A stretch of 64,000 nucleotides of DNA from a bacterium (lineage in GTDB: Bacteria; SM23-31): positions 576,001-640,000 of the forward strand of contig OZ252239.1 of assembly GCA_965249485.1 (NCBI GenBank), read 5' to 3'. The position numbers and the translations under genes are program-made. Each line of letters opens with the position of its first letter. The first letter of the stretch is position 1. Of the stretch, positions 31,931 to 40,752 are shown piece by piece. The notes beneath the pieces were generated by a model. That model did no database searches, was not told the DNA's origin, and saw only the letters and a program-made list of their open reading frames with translations.

Positions 31931-33388
31931 CTAATTAACTCCTGTTAAAAGTGTTTCATCAAGCGATTTTCCGATTGTCCGCTCTAGATCTGCTCCCGCA
32001 ATAAGGAGGTCGAAGCGAGCATTGATCAGATCAACTTGAGCAGTCGACTCCAATACTTGTGCATCAATAAGATCGATATTCGATGAAAGTCCAAGGTTGT
32101 ATCTACTCTGAATAATTTCGAGATTATCATTTGCATGTATCAAGTTCTTTTCGAACAAGTTTATCCGGGCAAGAGATGATTTTATGGTATTGAGTGCTGT
32201 ATAAAGTGAGACGAAAATCGATCGCTCAAGATCTTCTTCAAGTTTTTCAAGCTGTCGGGTCTCCGCACGTGCACGCTGCAAATCAGCTAAATCATGAAAT
32301 CCGTTAAAAAGTGCATAGCTTAATTGAATTGTCGCATTCCATGACTTGAAACCATCAAGTTCAGGAGTATCATTGTTCTGCCATGCATAGGAATAGAATA
32401 AATCTATATCAGGAAGAAAAGCGCTCCGGGCAATTTTCTCGGTACTCTGTGATACGTCCGACTGCATCTCAGCTATTTGTCTGCCAGGATTATTAAGGAG
32501 TGCCTGATTATAAAATCTGTTGATAAACTCGGGTTTGCCGGGATCGGTATATTCAGCATAGTGCAATCGCAGAGCGATAAACTCATTTTCCGGAAAATCC
32601 GAAACATCAAACGTTTCGAGCACATCCAACCCTGCGAGGTTTGCAAGGATGATTCGTGTAATTTCAGCGGTATTTTGTGCTTCAATGAGGCCGCTTTCTT
32701 CGGAGGCAACCTGAGCTTCCCAGCGCAATATATCTGATTTCGGCCGCAGTCCAAGTTCATTTTTCGCCCGTGCGTTCTCAAGATTTGCTTGAGCAAGAAG
32801 CAGCGCTTTCTCCTGTACCTGAATCAGTTCTCTGCTTTTGACATAGTTAAAAAATGCTGTAGAAACCTGACGTTTTACTTCAGCCTCGGTATCAATCACA
32901 CCGAGTCTATCAGTCTCTTTCGTGAGTTTTGACACCTCCAGGCTCGAAGAAAGTCTTCCTCCGTTGTAGATCGGCATCAATATCGTGAATCCTGTTGAGT
33001 GGGTATTTTTAAATAATAGCGGGGGAATATCTACATCCTCAAACCCTGGAAACGACTTTATTCCCTCAATTGCAAAATTCGCATTGCGGACTGAAATATC
33101 GTCATTCCGTGTAAACCTCTGTGACAGCAGAACCTTCGGAAGAAATTCGGAATATGCTTTTTTAACATTCCAGTTCGATGCATCCAGTTTGTACTGTGCT
33201 GCCTGAATCGACCGGTTATTCTCGAGTGCAAGATTGATTATCTGCCTGAAGGAATAAACCGTTTTCGGCATTGGAGCCGCCCACAGCGACACGGAAACGA
33301 CAAGAAAAGCCACTCCAAGCACTAATAAGTGAATTGCCATTCTTCCAAATCTATTGTGGAGCTGTTGAGTAATTTGAAAAATTCCCAT
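31931..33388 (-). CDS. TolC-family outer-membrane efflux protein
   Basis: ALENN, FLPKV, PIYNGG, RYNLGLSSNIDLIDAQ. Confidence 0.92.
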   Translation of the reverse strand: MGIFQITQQLHNRFGRMAIHLLVLGVAFLVVSVSLWAAPMPKTVYSFRQIINLALENNRSIQAAQYKLDASNWNVKKAYSEFLPKVLLSQRFTRNDDISVRNANFAIEGIKSFPGFEDVDIPPLLFKNTHSTGFTILMPIYNGGRLSSSLEVSKLTKETDRLGVIDTEAEVKRQVSTAFFNYVKSRELIQVQEKALLLAQANLENARAKNELGLRPKSDILRWEAQVASEESGLIEAQNTAEITRIILANLAGLDVLETFDVSDFPENEFIALRLHYAEYTDPGKPEFINRFYNQALLNNPGRQIAEMQSDVSQSTEKIARSAFLPDIDLFYSYAWQNNDTPELDGFKSWNATIQLSYALFNGFHDLADLQRARAETRQLEKLEEDLERSIFVSLYTALNTIKSSLARINLFEKNLIHANDNLEIIQSRYNLGLSSNIDLIDAQVLESTAQVDLINARFDLLIAGADLERTIGKSLDETLLTGVN

Positions 33389-33441
33389 GCTTAATCCTCT
33401 TTTTATTCATTTTATATCTGATTTATAATTTAATGACAGGG

Positions 33442-34035
33442 TTAATCTTGTTGTACTTTCATAATCTCTTTGTAGCATGCTTGCGTATCTTTATCCTTTT
33501 CAGATTTTTTCAAATGTTCTATCATATGCCGGATATGTTTAATTTCAAGCTCCATCTGTTCAATTCCGCTAATGATAATAGTCTGCCAGGTAAAAGGGAT
33601 CTCTTTCCACTCCTCCTGATGTTCTTTTTTTAGAATTTCACACGATTCTTTAAGATATATGATCCTTCCATGTAAAGCCGTAATCGCGGTTTCAGAGTCT
33701 GCAAAGTGAATGAAAGCAACTGCAAGCCAGAAAGGTAAATCTTCTATCTTTTTTGTATTGGCAGATGTCAGTCCCTGTTCAACAAGTTTGACCAGATGCT
33801 GCTTTCCTTTATCCGATAGCGAATAAACATTTCTTACCGGAGCTTTTCCGATTTTTTCCTTACTTACCTCTAAGTAATTTCTCTCAGTTAACCGGTTCAG
33901 CGTATTATAAATTGATGGAATGCTGATGAGCGCCCATATTTCCATCCACCGGTCTTTTGCTGTCTGCTTAATTTCATATCCATGCATAGGCTTTTCGGAA
34001 AGAAGTCCGAGAATAGCCAATTCTGTTTTCAACAT
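33442..34035 (-). CDS. PadR-family transcriptional regulator
   Basis: ILGLLSEKPMHGYEI, SIYNTLNRL, VYSLSDKG. Confidence 0.92.
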   Translation of the reverse strand: MLKTELAILGLLSEKPMHGYEIKQTAKDRWMEIWALISIPSIYNTLNRLTERNYLEVSKEKIGKAPVRNVYSLSDKGKQHLVKLVEQGLTSANTKKIEDLPFWLAVAFIHFADSETAITALHGRIIYLKESCEILKKEHQEEWKEIPFTWQTIIISGIEQMELEIKHIRHMIEHLKKSEKDKDTQACYKEIMKVQQD

Positions 34036-34188
34036 AACTCCCTCAATATTATAAGTTAAACTATATTAATATATACTATCATAATTTAGAATAGTTCCCG
34101 ACAAATTTACTTTTAAAAAACTATTGATTATGAATCCATTTTTCTCTACTATTTCATTCATTACGAGGAGACTTTATCTAATATAAAT

Positions 34189-34947
34189 ATGGCTAACACA
34201 CAGAATGCTGAACTATATTCCCATCTGATTGCTCCTTTTTCTTACGATGGTGGAGATACATCCTGTTTGTTGCTTCACGGCTATACCGGTTCACCATCGG
34301 ATATGCGGCCTCTTGGCGACTTTCTTTCTCATAATGGCTATACTGTATACTGCCCTCTTCTTCCCGGGCACGGCACTTCTCACCACGAATTAAAAAAGTG
34401 TCGTTGGACAGATTGGTACGGTGCGGCAGTTAATCAATGGCAAAACTTAAAGAATAAATCGGAGAGAGTAATTCTTATCGGTCTTTCAATGGGAGGTGCT
34501 CTTGCGCTCCATTGTGCTGCACATAATCAGGTTGATGGTGTGGTGACACTTGCTTCCGGAACACGAATGGCTGATTGGCGTCTTCCTGCCCTGCCTGTTG
34601 TCCGCCATTTTATCCGTAGTGTAAAAAAGACCCGTAATTCGTATGCGCGTGGTGAAAACAGGATACGCTTTGCTTACGAGTACAATCCCACGATATCTAC
34701 ATTTGAACTCCTCAAGTTTTACCGTCACCTTGAAGACGATTTGCCGGAGATAACCACTCCGATTTTAATCATACATGCAAAAAACGACATTATTATGGGG
34801 TATGAAAATACCCATATAATTGCAGAAAACGTCCGGTCAGAGTGTAAAAAAGTCGTGCCGCTTGAAGACGGAGAGCATATTATAACGCTGAGTAAACATC
34901 AGGATTTTATCCATTCCGAAATTCTTCATTTTATCCAAAGTATTTAG
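34189..34947 (+). CDS. alpha/beta-hydrolase carboxylesterase
   Basis: LLHGYTGS, LPGHG, GLSMGG nucleophile, D and H near the C-terminus. Confidence 0.92.
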   Translation: MANTQNAELYSHLIAPFSYDGGDTSCLLLHGYTGSPSDMRPLGDFLSHNGYTVYCPLLPGHGTSHHELKKCRWTDWYGAAVNQWQNLKNKSERVILIGLSMGGALALHCAAHNQVDGVVTLASGTRMADWRLPALPVVRHFIRSVKKTRNSYARGENRIRFAYEYNPTISTFELLKFYRHLEDDLPEITTPILIIHAKNDIIMGYENTHIIAENVRSECKKVVPLEDGEHIITLSKHQDFIHSEILHFIQSI

Positions 34948-35111
34948 AGACATGTACTGCCTGTCAGGCAATTCTACCGTAACAATAAATCCAATTTATA
35001 CCCAGAATATTACATTTATTAATTATTGGTAAGGCACCTAAAATCGGTTCGTTATTGCTGTTTGACTCTGGATAATGAGGAGAAAAATGATGTAGCTCGG
35101 CACATTATTCC

Positions 35112-35139
35112 TAAAGTAGTAGGAAAGAATTGCCGATAT
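35112..35139 (+). promoter_or_regulatory. sigma28 (FliA/SigD)-type promoter
   Basis: TAAA-16nt-GCCGATAT versus consensus TAAA-N15-GCCGATAA, just upstream of ORF 35159. Confidence 0.6.
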
Positions 35140-35158
35140 ATAGATGTGAATTAACCAC

Positions 35159-36220
35159 ATGAACGAGCATATTCCAGGGAGGGAAGAGATGCTCAGATTG
35201 TCGCTGGCGCCAGCAAATTTTTTTCGGAATTATCCGGCAACTATAGGTGAATTGCTGTTACAGCCATATCGTAATAACCGAAGTTCACCACATTCATATC
35301 TGCATTTAAAGACAAATTCCGAACTACAGTCTTCTCCGGGTGTGTATTCAGAATCAGATGATCTGCAGAACCCGGAAGAAGCTCTAAGCATATTCCCAAA
35401 CCTAACTCCAGAGAAATTTGTCAGTCAACTGTTGACACAGAAATCTGAACAAGATCCAACCGGCCTCAATGAGTTTTCGCAGCAATCGCCGCTTGATCTT
35501 ACTGTTTCGTATAGCGTTTCTGCAAATAGTACAAAGCCAAACAATACAACCAAAAGTGAGAATTCAGGAGTGCAAATCCAAGGGGTTTCGTACCGGAATG
35601 TAGTACGCTCATACCAGAGAAACTCCATTGTACAATCGCGGCTTCAGAACAGAGATGAACAGCTTAATCTATTTTTCCGCCAATCGGAACGATATACTTC
35701 TGAGATTAAGAGTGTTCAAGTTGAGGAATTTCAGGATGTTCGCAACAAAGTTGCTGCTGCCTTTGAGTATAATATCCATCTGGAGTTCGATTTTCTTCAA
35801 CAATTTTATTCCCAATCGAAACAAATCAATGGTGTCGGCAGTGATGTGCTGCAGGGATACCTTAATGTCACAGACCAAACATTACAGCGATCCGTAGATG
35901 TTACAAAGTCATTTTTTAATACGGTAGATTCACTTCTAAGCGGTTCCAAAAAGCAATTTTTAGAACGGATTAATCAGCTTTTCAATGAAATGCGTACTGC
36001 TCTTGGTGAAAATTCGGATACGGTTGAACAGGATAGGGAACAGATCATCAATACCGTTACTGCATTTTTTGATAAGACTGAAGCCTTGTTGGACCAGGCA
36101 GAAGCGAAAGCGCTGAATAGCGCTCACGAAACACCACAAGTTAATTTCTCAAATCCACAACAAACAGACCTTTCGTTAGATCAATCTGTACAAACGCCTG
36201 TAGAAAACATTTCCGAATAG
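35159..36220 (+). CDS. hypothetical S/Q/N-rich protein with a helical C-terminal half
   Basis: 353-aa ORF, alternative ATG at 35189 behind GGGAGGG; no family motif recognised. Confidence 0.75.
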   Translation: MNEHIPGREEMLRLSLAPANFFRNYPATIGELLLQPYRNNRSSPHSYLHLKTNSELQSSPGVYSESDDLQNPEEALSIFPNLTPEKFVSQLLTQKSEQDPTGLNEFSQQSPLDLTVSYSVSANSTKPNNTTKSENSGVQIQGVSYRNVVRSYQRNSIVQSRLQNRDEQLNLFFRQSERYTSEIKSVQVEEFQDVRNKVAAAFEYNIHLEFDFLQQFYSQSKQINGVGSDVLQGYLNVTDQTLQRSVDVTKSFFNTVDSLLSGSKKQFLERINQLFNEMRTALGENSDTVEQDREQIINTVTAFFDKTEALLDQAEAKALNSAHETPQVNFSNPQQTDLSLDQSVQTPVENISE

Positions 36221-36317
36221 TCAGCAATTTGTACTATGCTGTATTCCTCTGTATATTATCTGCCCAATACGGAATTAATTCCCTGCCGAAATCAACGTTT
36301 CATTGATCAAAAACATC

Positions 36318-36346
36318 TTGCATTTTAAGGCGAAACAAGATATACT
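36318..36346 (+). promoter_or_regulatory. sigma70-type promoter
   Basis: TTGCAT-17nt-TATACT. Confidence 0.5.
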
Positions 36347-36422
36347 TTGAGTGCTAAAAGTAAACGTAATTTCTTACATACTGAAATACTATAAATATCC
36401 CAAGAAAATCGTCCGGACACTT

Positions 36423-37790
36423 ATGCCGCAGGTGTGTAAAAACCATTCAGAACATGTAGCGTTCAAGCGATGCTACCGGTGCAAGTCATATATATGCACT
36501 ACATGTATTCACAGGGCCCACCACCATCAATTTTGCGGAAGCATCTGTGCATCACTTTTTTTCGTGAAGCAATCAATTTCTCACTTTAATTTACGAAATA
36601 TTACCATACCTGGAAAATTCGGCTTTTCCGAGCGGATGTTCCTTTATTCTCTTATAAGTATAAATTTAATGTTTCTTATTTATCTAACAGTTCGATTATC
36701 AACTTTATCTAATGAGTTGACCAGTTATCGTATTCAAACAGAATTGGCAGCGACTGTTAAGGATAAAAAAAATATGCAGGAGAGACTTTTTTTTGAAAAT
36801 CGAATATTTCCTGCAGCGATCGACTCATTGCAGAAGAAAACCGTTATTTCCGGATCTATTTCGTTGTCCGGTAAAGCACACTATAATAGCGTTATTGTTT
36901 TATATGTCAATGAGAAACTTACTGCGACCAAAATACCTGAAAAGGGCTCATTTATATTTGACAATGTAAATCTCAATCCGGGACAAAACCTCCTGCGATT
37001 TCGTGCTTTTGATCATAATAAGACGATCACCGATTTTGCGGAAATGACTATCGAATATAGGATTCCTGATATTTCTTCACGAACCTTAAACGTGTCTCGG
37101 GGTGATCCTGACTCTACTGCAATGTCTCTCACTTTCGATGGCGGTTCGCTGGCAAACAATGCTCATGAGATTCTGGATATTTTACAGCAAAAAGGTGTGA
37201 CGACTACCATGTTTTTGACTGGTGAATTTGTCCGGAAAAATCCGGATGTTGCTCAAAGGATTGTATCCGACGGGCATGAGGTTGGTAACCATACGTTATC
37301 TCACAGGCATTTAACATCATATGCTCATAACTCCCGTCATGAAACACTTCCGGACCTTACTTTTGAACAGTTTAAAAATGAGTTGACACGTACCGATTCA
37401 CTTTTTCAAGAAGTAACAGGTATACCGATGAAGAAACTTTGGCGTGCTCCGTTTGGTGAGATTAATCAAGAGATTTTAGTGTGGGCTGCTTCGCTGGGGT
37501 ACCGTCACATTTCCTGGACTCATAGCGGGTCTTCCCGAATGACAATGGATTCACACGATTGGGTGAGTGACAAAGATTCCGAACTCTATAAGTCCGCAGA
37601 TGAGATTCGAGATGCACTTTTTCAGTTTGAAGCAGTAGACCAGAACGGCTCAAATGGAGCAATAGTGTTAATGCATCTCGGGAGCACACGCAATACTGAA
37701 AATCTCTACAAGTCGCTTCCCGATATTATTGACGGTTTCCGTGAAAAGGGTTACACGCTCGAACCTGTTTCTGAACTAGTTTCTCAGTAA
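36423..37790 (+). CDS. membrane-anchored polysaccharide deacetylase (CE4/NodB) with N-terminal Cys/His zinc-finger and Ig-like domain
   Basis: CKNH..CYRC...ICTTC...HHHQFC...C; one TM; TFDGG, GNHTLSH, WRAPFG, VLMH. Confidence 0.85.
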   Translation: MPQVCKNHSEHVAFKRCYRCKSYICTTCIHRAHHHQFCGSICASLFFVKQSISHFNLRNITIPGKFGFSERMFLYSLISINLMFLIYLTVRLSTLSNELTSYRIQTELAATVKDKKNMQERLFFENRIFPAAIDSLQKKTVISGSISLSGKAHYNSVIVLYVNEKLTATKIPEKGSFIFDNVNLNPGQNLLRFRAFDHNKTITDFAEMTIEYRIPDISSRTLNVSRGDPDSTAMSLTFDGGSLANNAHEILDILQQKGVTTTMFLTGEFVRKNPDVAQRIVSDGHEVGNHTLSHRHLTSYAHNSRHETLPDLTFEQFKNELTRTDSLFQEVTGIPMKKLWRAPFGEINQEILVWAASLGYRHISWTHSGSSRMTMDSHDWVSDKDSELYKSADEIRDALFQFEAVDQNGSNGAIVLMHLGSTRNTENLYKSLPDIIDGFREKGYTLEPVSELVSQ

Positions 37791-37842
37791 TATACACCTC
37801 AATCCGTGAGGAATGTCACACATCTGCTCTTTAATTCCATTA

Positions 37843-38562
37843 TTAGATTCCTCGTACTATAGTAGTAGCACTGCTTGTTCCAATCCTGTCAACGCCCTGT
37901 TCTCGTAATGACCGGGCAAACTTTACCGTACGTATCCCGCCGGCCGCTTTTACTTGTACTGATTCTGGCAGCACCGACTTAAAAAATGGCACATCGTTTT
38001 TGTGGACCCCTCCCGCTGCATGTAGTCCGGTTGATGTTTTAAGAAAATCGGCGTGTGCCTGCGTAACAAGTTCGGCAGCTTGTGCAAGCAGAGTACCTTC
38101 GGATTGTTTTTTCTCTATTTCTATTGTGCGCAAATATGCTGATTCTATGATAACTTTTATCCGCGGAACAGACTTTTCATTTCTGCTGCACCGAATGCTT
38201 TTTGCCGCTTCAACCACAGCAGCAATATCCTGAAGTACATATTCATAGTCACCTCGGACGAATTTTTCGATATTAATAACCATATCGATTTCATCAGCAC
38301 CGGATTTAATGAGCTGTTCTGTCTGTTTGCATTTATCAATCGTCGAATCAGACCCATGAGGGAAACTTACTACTGACACAACCTTGACAGGAGTTTCGGC
38401 TACAAGCGAATAACTATATTGCACAAACTCCGGCGAAATACAGACAGCATAAAATCCAATTGATTCCGCATCACTGCACAGTTGTTTAATTTCTTCATGG
38501 GAAACCGAATCACGGAGAAGTGTCGAATCTAAGAGTTCCGGAGGGAAATGGTAATCTGACAT
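37843..38562 (-). CDS. deoC: deoxyribose-phosphate aldolase
   Basis: DSTLL, SFPHG, GADEIDMVIN, KVIIE, FLKTSTG, KAAGGIR, RIGTSS. Confidence 0.92.
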   Translation of the reverse strand: MSDYHFPPELLDSTLLRDSVSHEEIKQLCSDAESIGFYAVCISPEFVQYSYSLVAETPVKVVSVVSFPHGSDSTIDKCKQTEQLIKSGADEIDMVINIEKFVRGDYEYVLQDIAAVVEAAKSIRCSRNEKSVPRIKVIIESAYLRTIEIEKKQSEGTLLAQAAELVTQAHADFLKTSTGLHAAGGVHKNDVPFFKSVLPESVQVKAAGGIRTVKFARSLREQGVDRIGTSSATTIVRGI

Positions 38563-38582
38563 GAAAGCTCTTTTGGTGAAGG

Positions 38583-38990
38583 TCAAACCGGTGTTCCATT
38601 ATGCGTTTGGGAAGGGGTGCCATTTACTGTGACGTGCGAAGAGAATTTATCCTTAAGCCATATTCTCAACTTCGCACGTGTGGGGCGAAACAACATAAGA
38701 AATCCGAAGCAATCGGTAATAATACCGGGTGTCAGTAGGAGAACTCCCGCAATCAGAATTATAAGTCCGTCTATCAATTCATCGGCCGGAAGCTGACCGA
38801 CCGACATTTTGTGACGGATAGTGAAGAACACGCGGAATCCTTCCATCCTGGCAAGATAGGCACCAACGATACCGGTAACCACAATAAGCGTCAGAGTTGC
38901 AAATGTGCCGATTATCCTACCAACATCAATCAGGACCGCAAGTTCAATCAATGGCACAAAAATAAAAAGGAGTAATAGACGTGCAAACAT
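38583..38990 (-). CDS. fxsA: FxsA membrane protein
   Basis: FIFVPLIEL..LI.VG, GVLLLTPGIITD..G. Confidence 0.92.
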   Translation of the reverse strand: MFARLLLLFIFVPLIELAVLIDVGRIIGTFATLTLIVVTGIVGAYLARMEGFRVFFTIRHKMSVGQLPADELIDGLIILIAGVLLLTPGIITDCFGFLMLFRPTRAKLRIWLKDKFSSHVTVNGTPSQTHNGTPV

Positions 38991-39184
38991 AGAATATATT
39001 GTTGAAAATTGTAAAACTTACTGTAAAATAATAGTATTAAAGTGGTTTGCAAGGAATAATTGACGACACAGTGTCAAAAATAGGAGTACTCATTTATTGT
39101 CCGCCATTCTTGTGCAAGAAAAGGGAGACGCCGGTGGGATACTTAATAAGTGAATATACATTACATTGATTGAAACAATACTAT

Positions 39185-39526
39185 CTACGCAACTTGTGAA
39201 AGAATTACGTAATTTTCAAACTTTTTAATACCGTGAATGACAAACTGCTTCCAATCATTGATGGTACCCATCCAAACTTTTTTATCGACCGGACCGGCCT
39301 GACCGGAAACTAAACGCCCAAAAAAGTCACTGTCACATTCCTGTTCCAGCATATCCATACTTTCCAGAAGATGCAGTTCGTTCATTGACAGGTAATCACG
39401 AATATTTTCATACGATACAGAATACTTCTTTTGCACATGTAAAAGACGATTCCGTATCTCATCGAGTGCACCTATCAAGTGGTTGTGATACACTGATACA
39501 TTCTTTTTGTGATTTACGGTGTCCAT
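39185..39526 (-). CDS. hypothetical protein, 113 aa
   Basis: AAAGG RBS, own near-consensus promoter; no family motif. Confidence 0.75.
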   Translation of the reverse strand: MDTVNHKKNVSVYHNHLIGALDEIRNRLLHVQKKYSVSYENIRDYLSMNELHLLESMDMLEQECDSDFFGRLVSGQAGPVDKKVWMGTINDWKQFVIHGIKKFENYVILSQVA

Positions 39527-39551
39527 GATTCAACCTTTCTCTTTGACACAT

Positions 39552-39596
39552 AAACATGCGTTAATTAAGTATAATAAACAAATGTTCACTTGTCAA
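39552..39596 (-). promoter_or_regulatory. sigma70 promoter overlapped by two LexA-like boxes
   Basis: TTGACA-17nt-TATACT; GAAC-ATTT-GTTT in the spacer and TAAC-GCAT-GTTT downstream of -10. Confidence 0.6.
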
Positions 39597-39989
39597 GGTT
39601 TTTCACTTCCACATCTTTTAATAATTAAACACAATTGCGTCCAAAACAGTTTCATATTTCACAAAAAATATTGCAATTTTTGTACCACCTATACAATTTA
39701 TCGTCATATTTCCAAAATAATTTAGATATTGATACAATATATACGATGGTTTTGAAACAATAATTGTAGCGCCGGATATAAAAAAGATTAAAAATGTGGA
39801 AACTTTATGCTTAGAAAAACATTAAATTATATAATTGGGCGACCGCCCGATATAAAAAGTGTTGTTTCTATTCTTTAATTGCACTTTTGGATTTTCGAGT
39901 GATCATAGTAATCAACCTATGTAATATTTTTTTACAAAGTGTTCATATTGATACAAATCTGTCTCAAAATTGAACAATGAGGTTTCGCA

Positions 39990-40604
39990 ATGCCGAAAGT
40001 CGTTGATATAGAAGAAAAACGAAAATATTTAATGAATGCAGCCCATGAGCTTTTTTTGGAAATGGGCTACAAATCGGTAACAACCCGTCAAATAGCGGCA
40101 AAAGCAGGTATTTCGAAGGGGACACTTTACCATTACTTTAAAAACAAAGAGGACCTGTTTGCACAGACCATACGGGAACATATCATTAAAACAATGATTA
40201 TCAAATCAGCACTCGAAGATAAAACAGCAACACCAAGAGAGCGATTTCTTAAATTAATAAGCCTCTGTGACTCTTCATCAGAAGAGCGTGAAAAACGCTT
40301 CCACATGATGTTTGACTTTATGGTTTACTGTACTGACAAGGAGTTAGTGCATAACGTCATTAATTCTATTTATGAAGAGGCGCGAAGTGTTATTAGAACA
40401 ATAATTAAAGATGAATTTGAAGAATATTGCTCGAACAACGATCACATTCAGCTTTTTACTAACATCATTGTTGCTTATCTCGACGGTATCCATTTTCAAA
40501 ATCTTATTTCTCGGGATAAGGCACGGCTTGCAGAAGCAAACTCACTTTTCTGGGAAATGATTCAAAACATAATGGAGAATCCGCTTCTTGCACCTGTTCA
40601 ATAG
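39990..40604 (+). CDS. TetR/AcrR-family transcriptional regulator
   Basis: AHELFLEMGY..VTTRQIAAKAGISKGTLYHYFKNKEDL. Confidence 0.95.
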   Translation: MPKVVDIEEKRKYLMNAAHELFLEMGYKSVTTRQIAAKAGISKGTLYHYFKNKEDLFAQTIREHIIKTMIIKSALEDKTATPRERFLKLISLCDSSSEEREKRFHMMFDFMVYCTDKELVHNVINSIYEEARSVIRTIIKDEFEEYCSNNDHIQLFTNIIVAYLDGIHFQNLISRDKARLAEANSLFWEMIQNIMENPLLAPVQ

Positions 40605-40752
40605 ATAAAATGCGTTTCGCTGTACAAGTATTTTCATTAATAACGATCCAGGATGAAAACAAAATCAGTGCATTGATTACTATCATTATTATTTATCTGA
40701 AAAAATATCGTATTAACAATTCACTGCGCGTATAGTGTACAAGGAGGATTTT

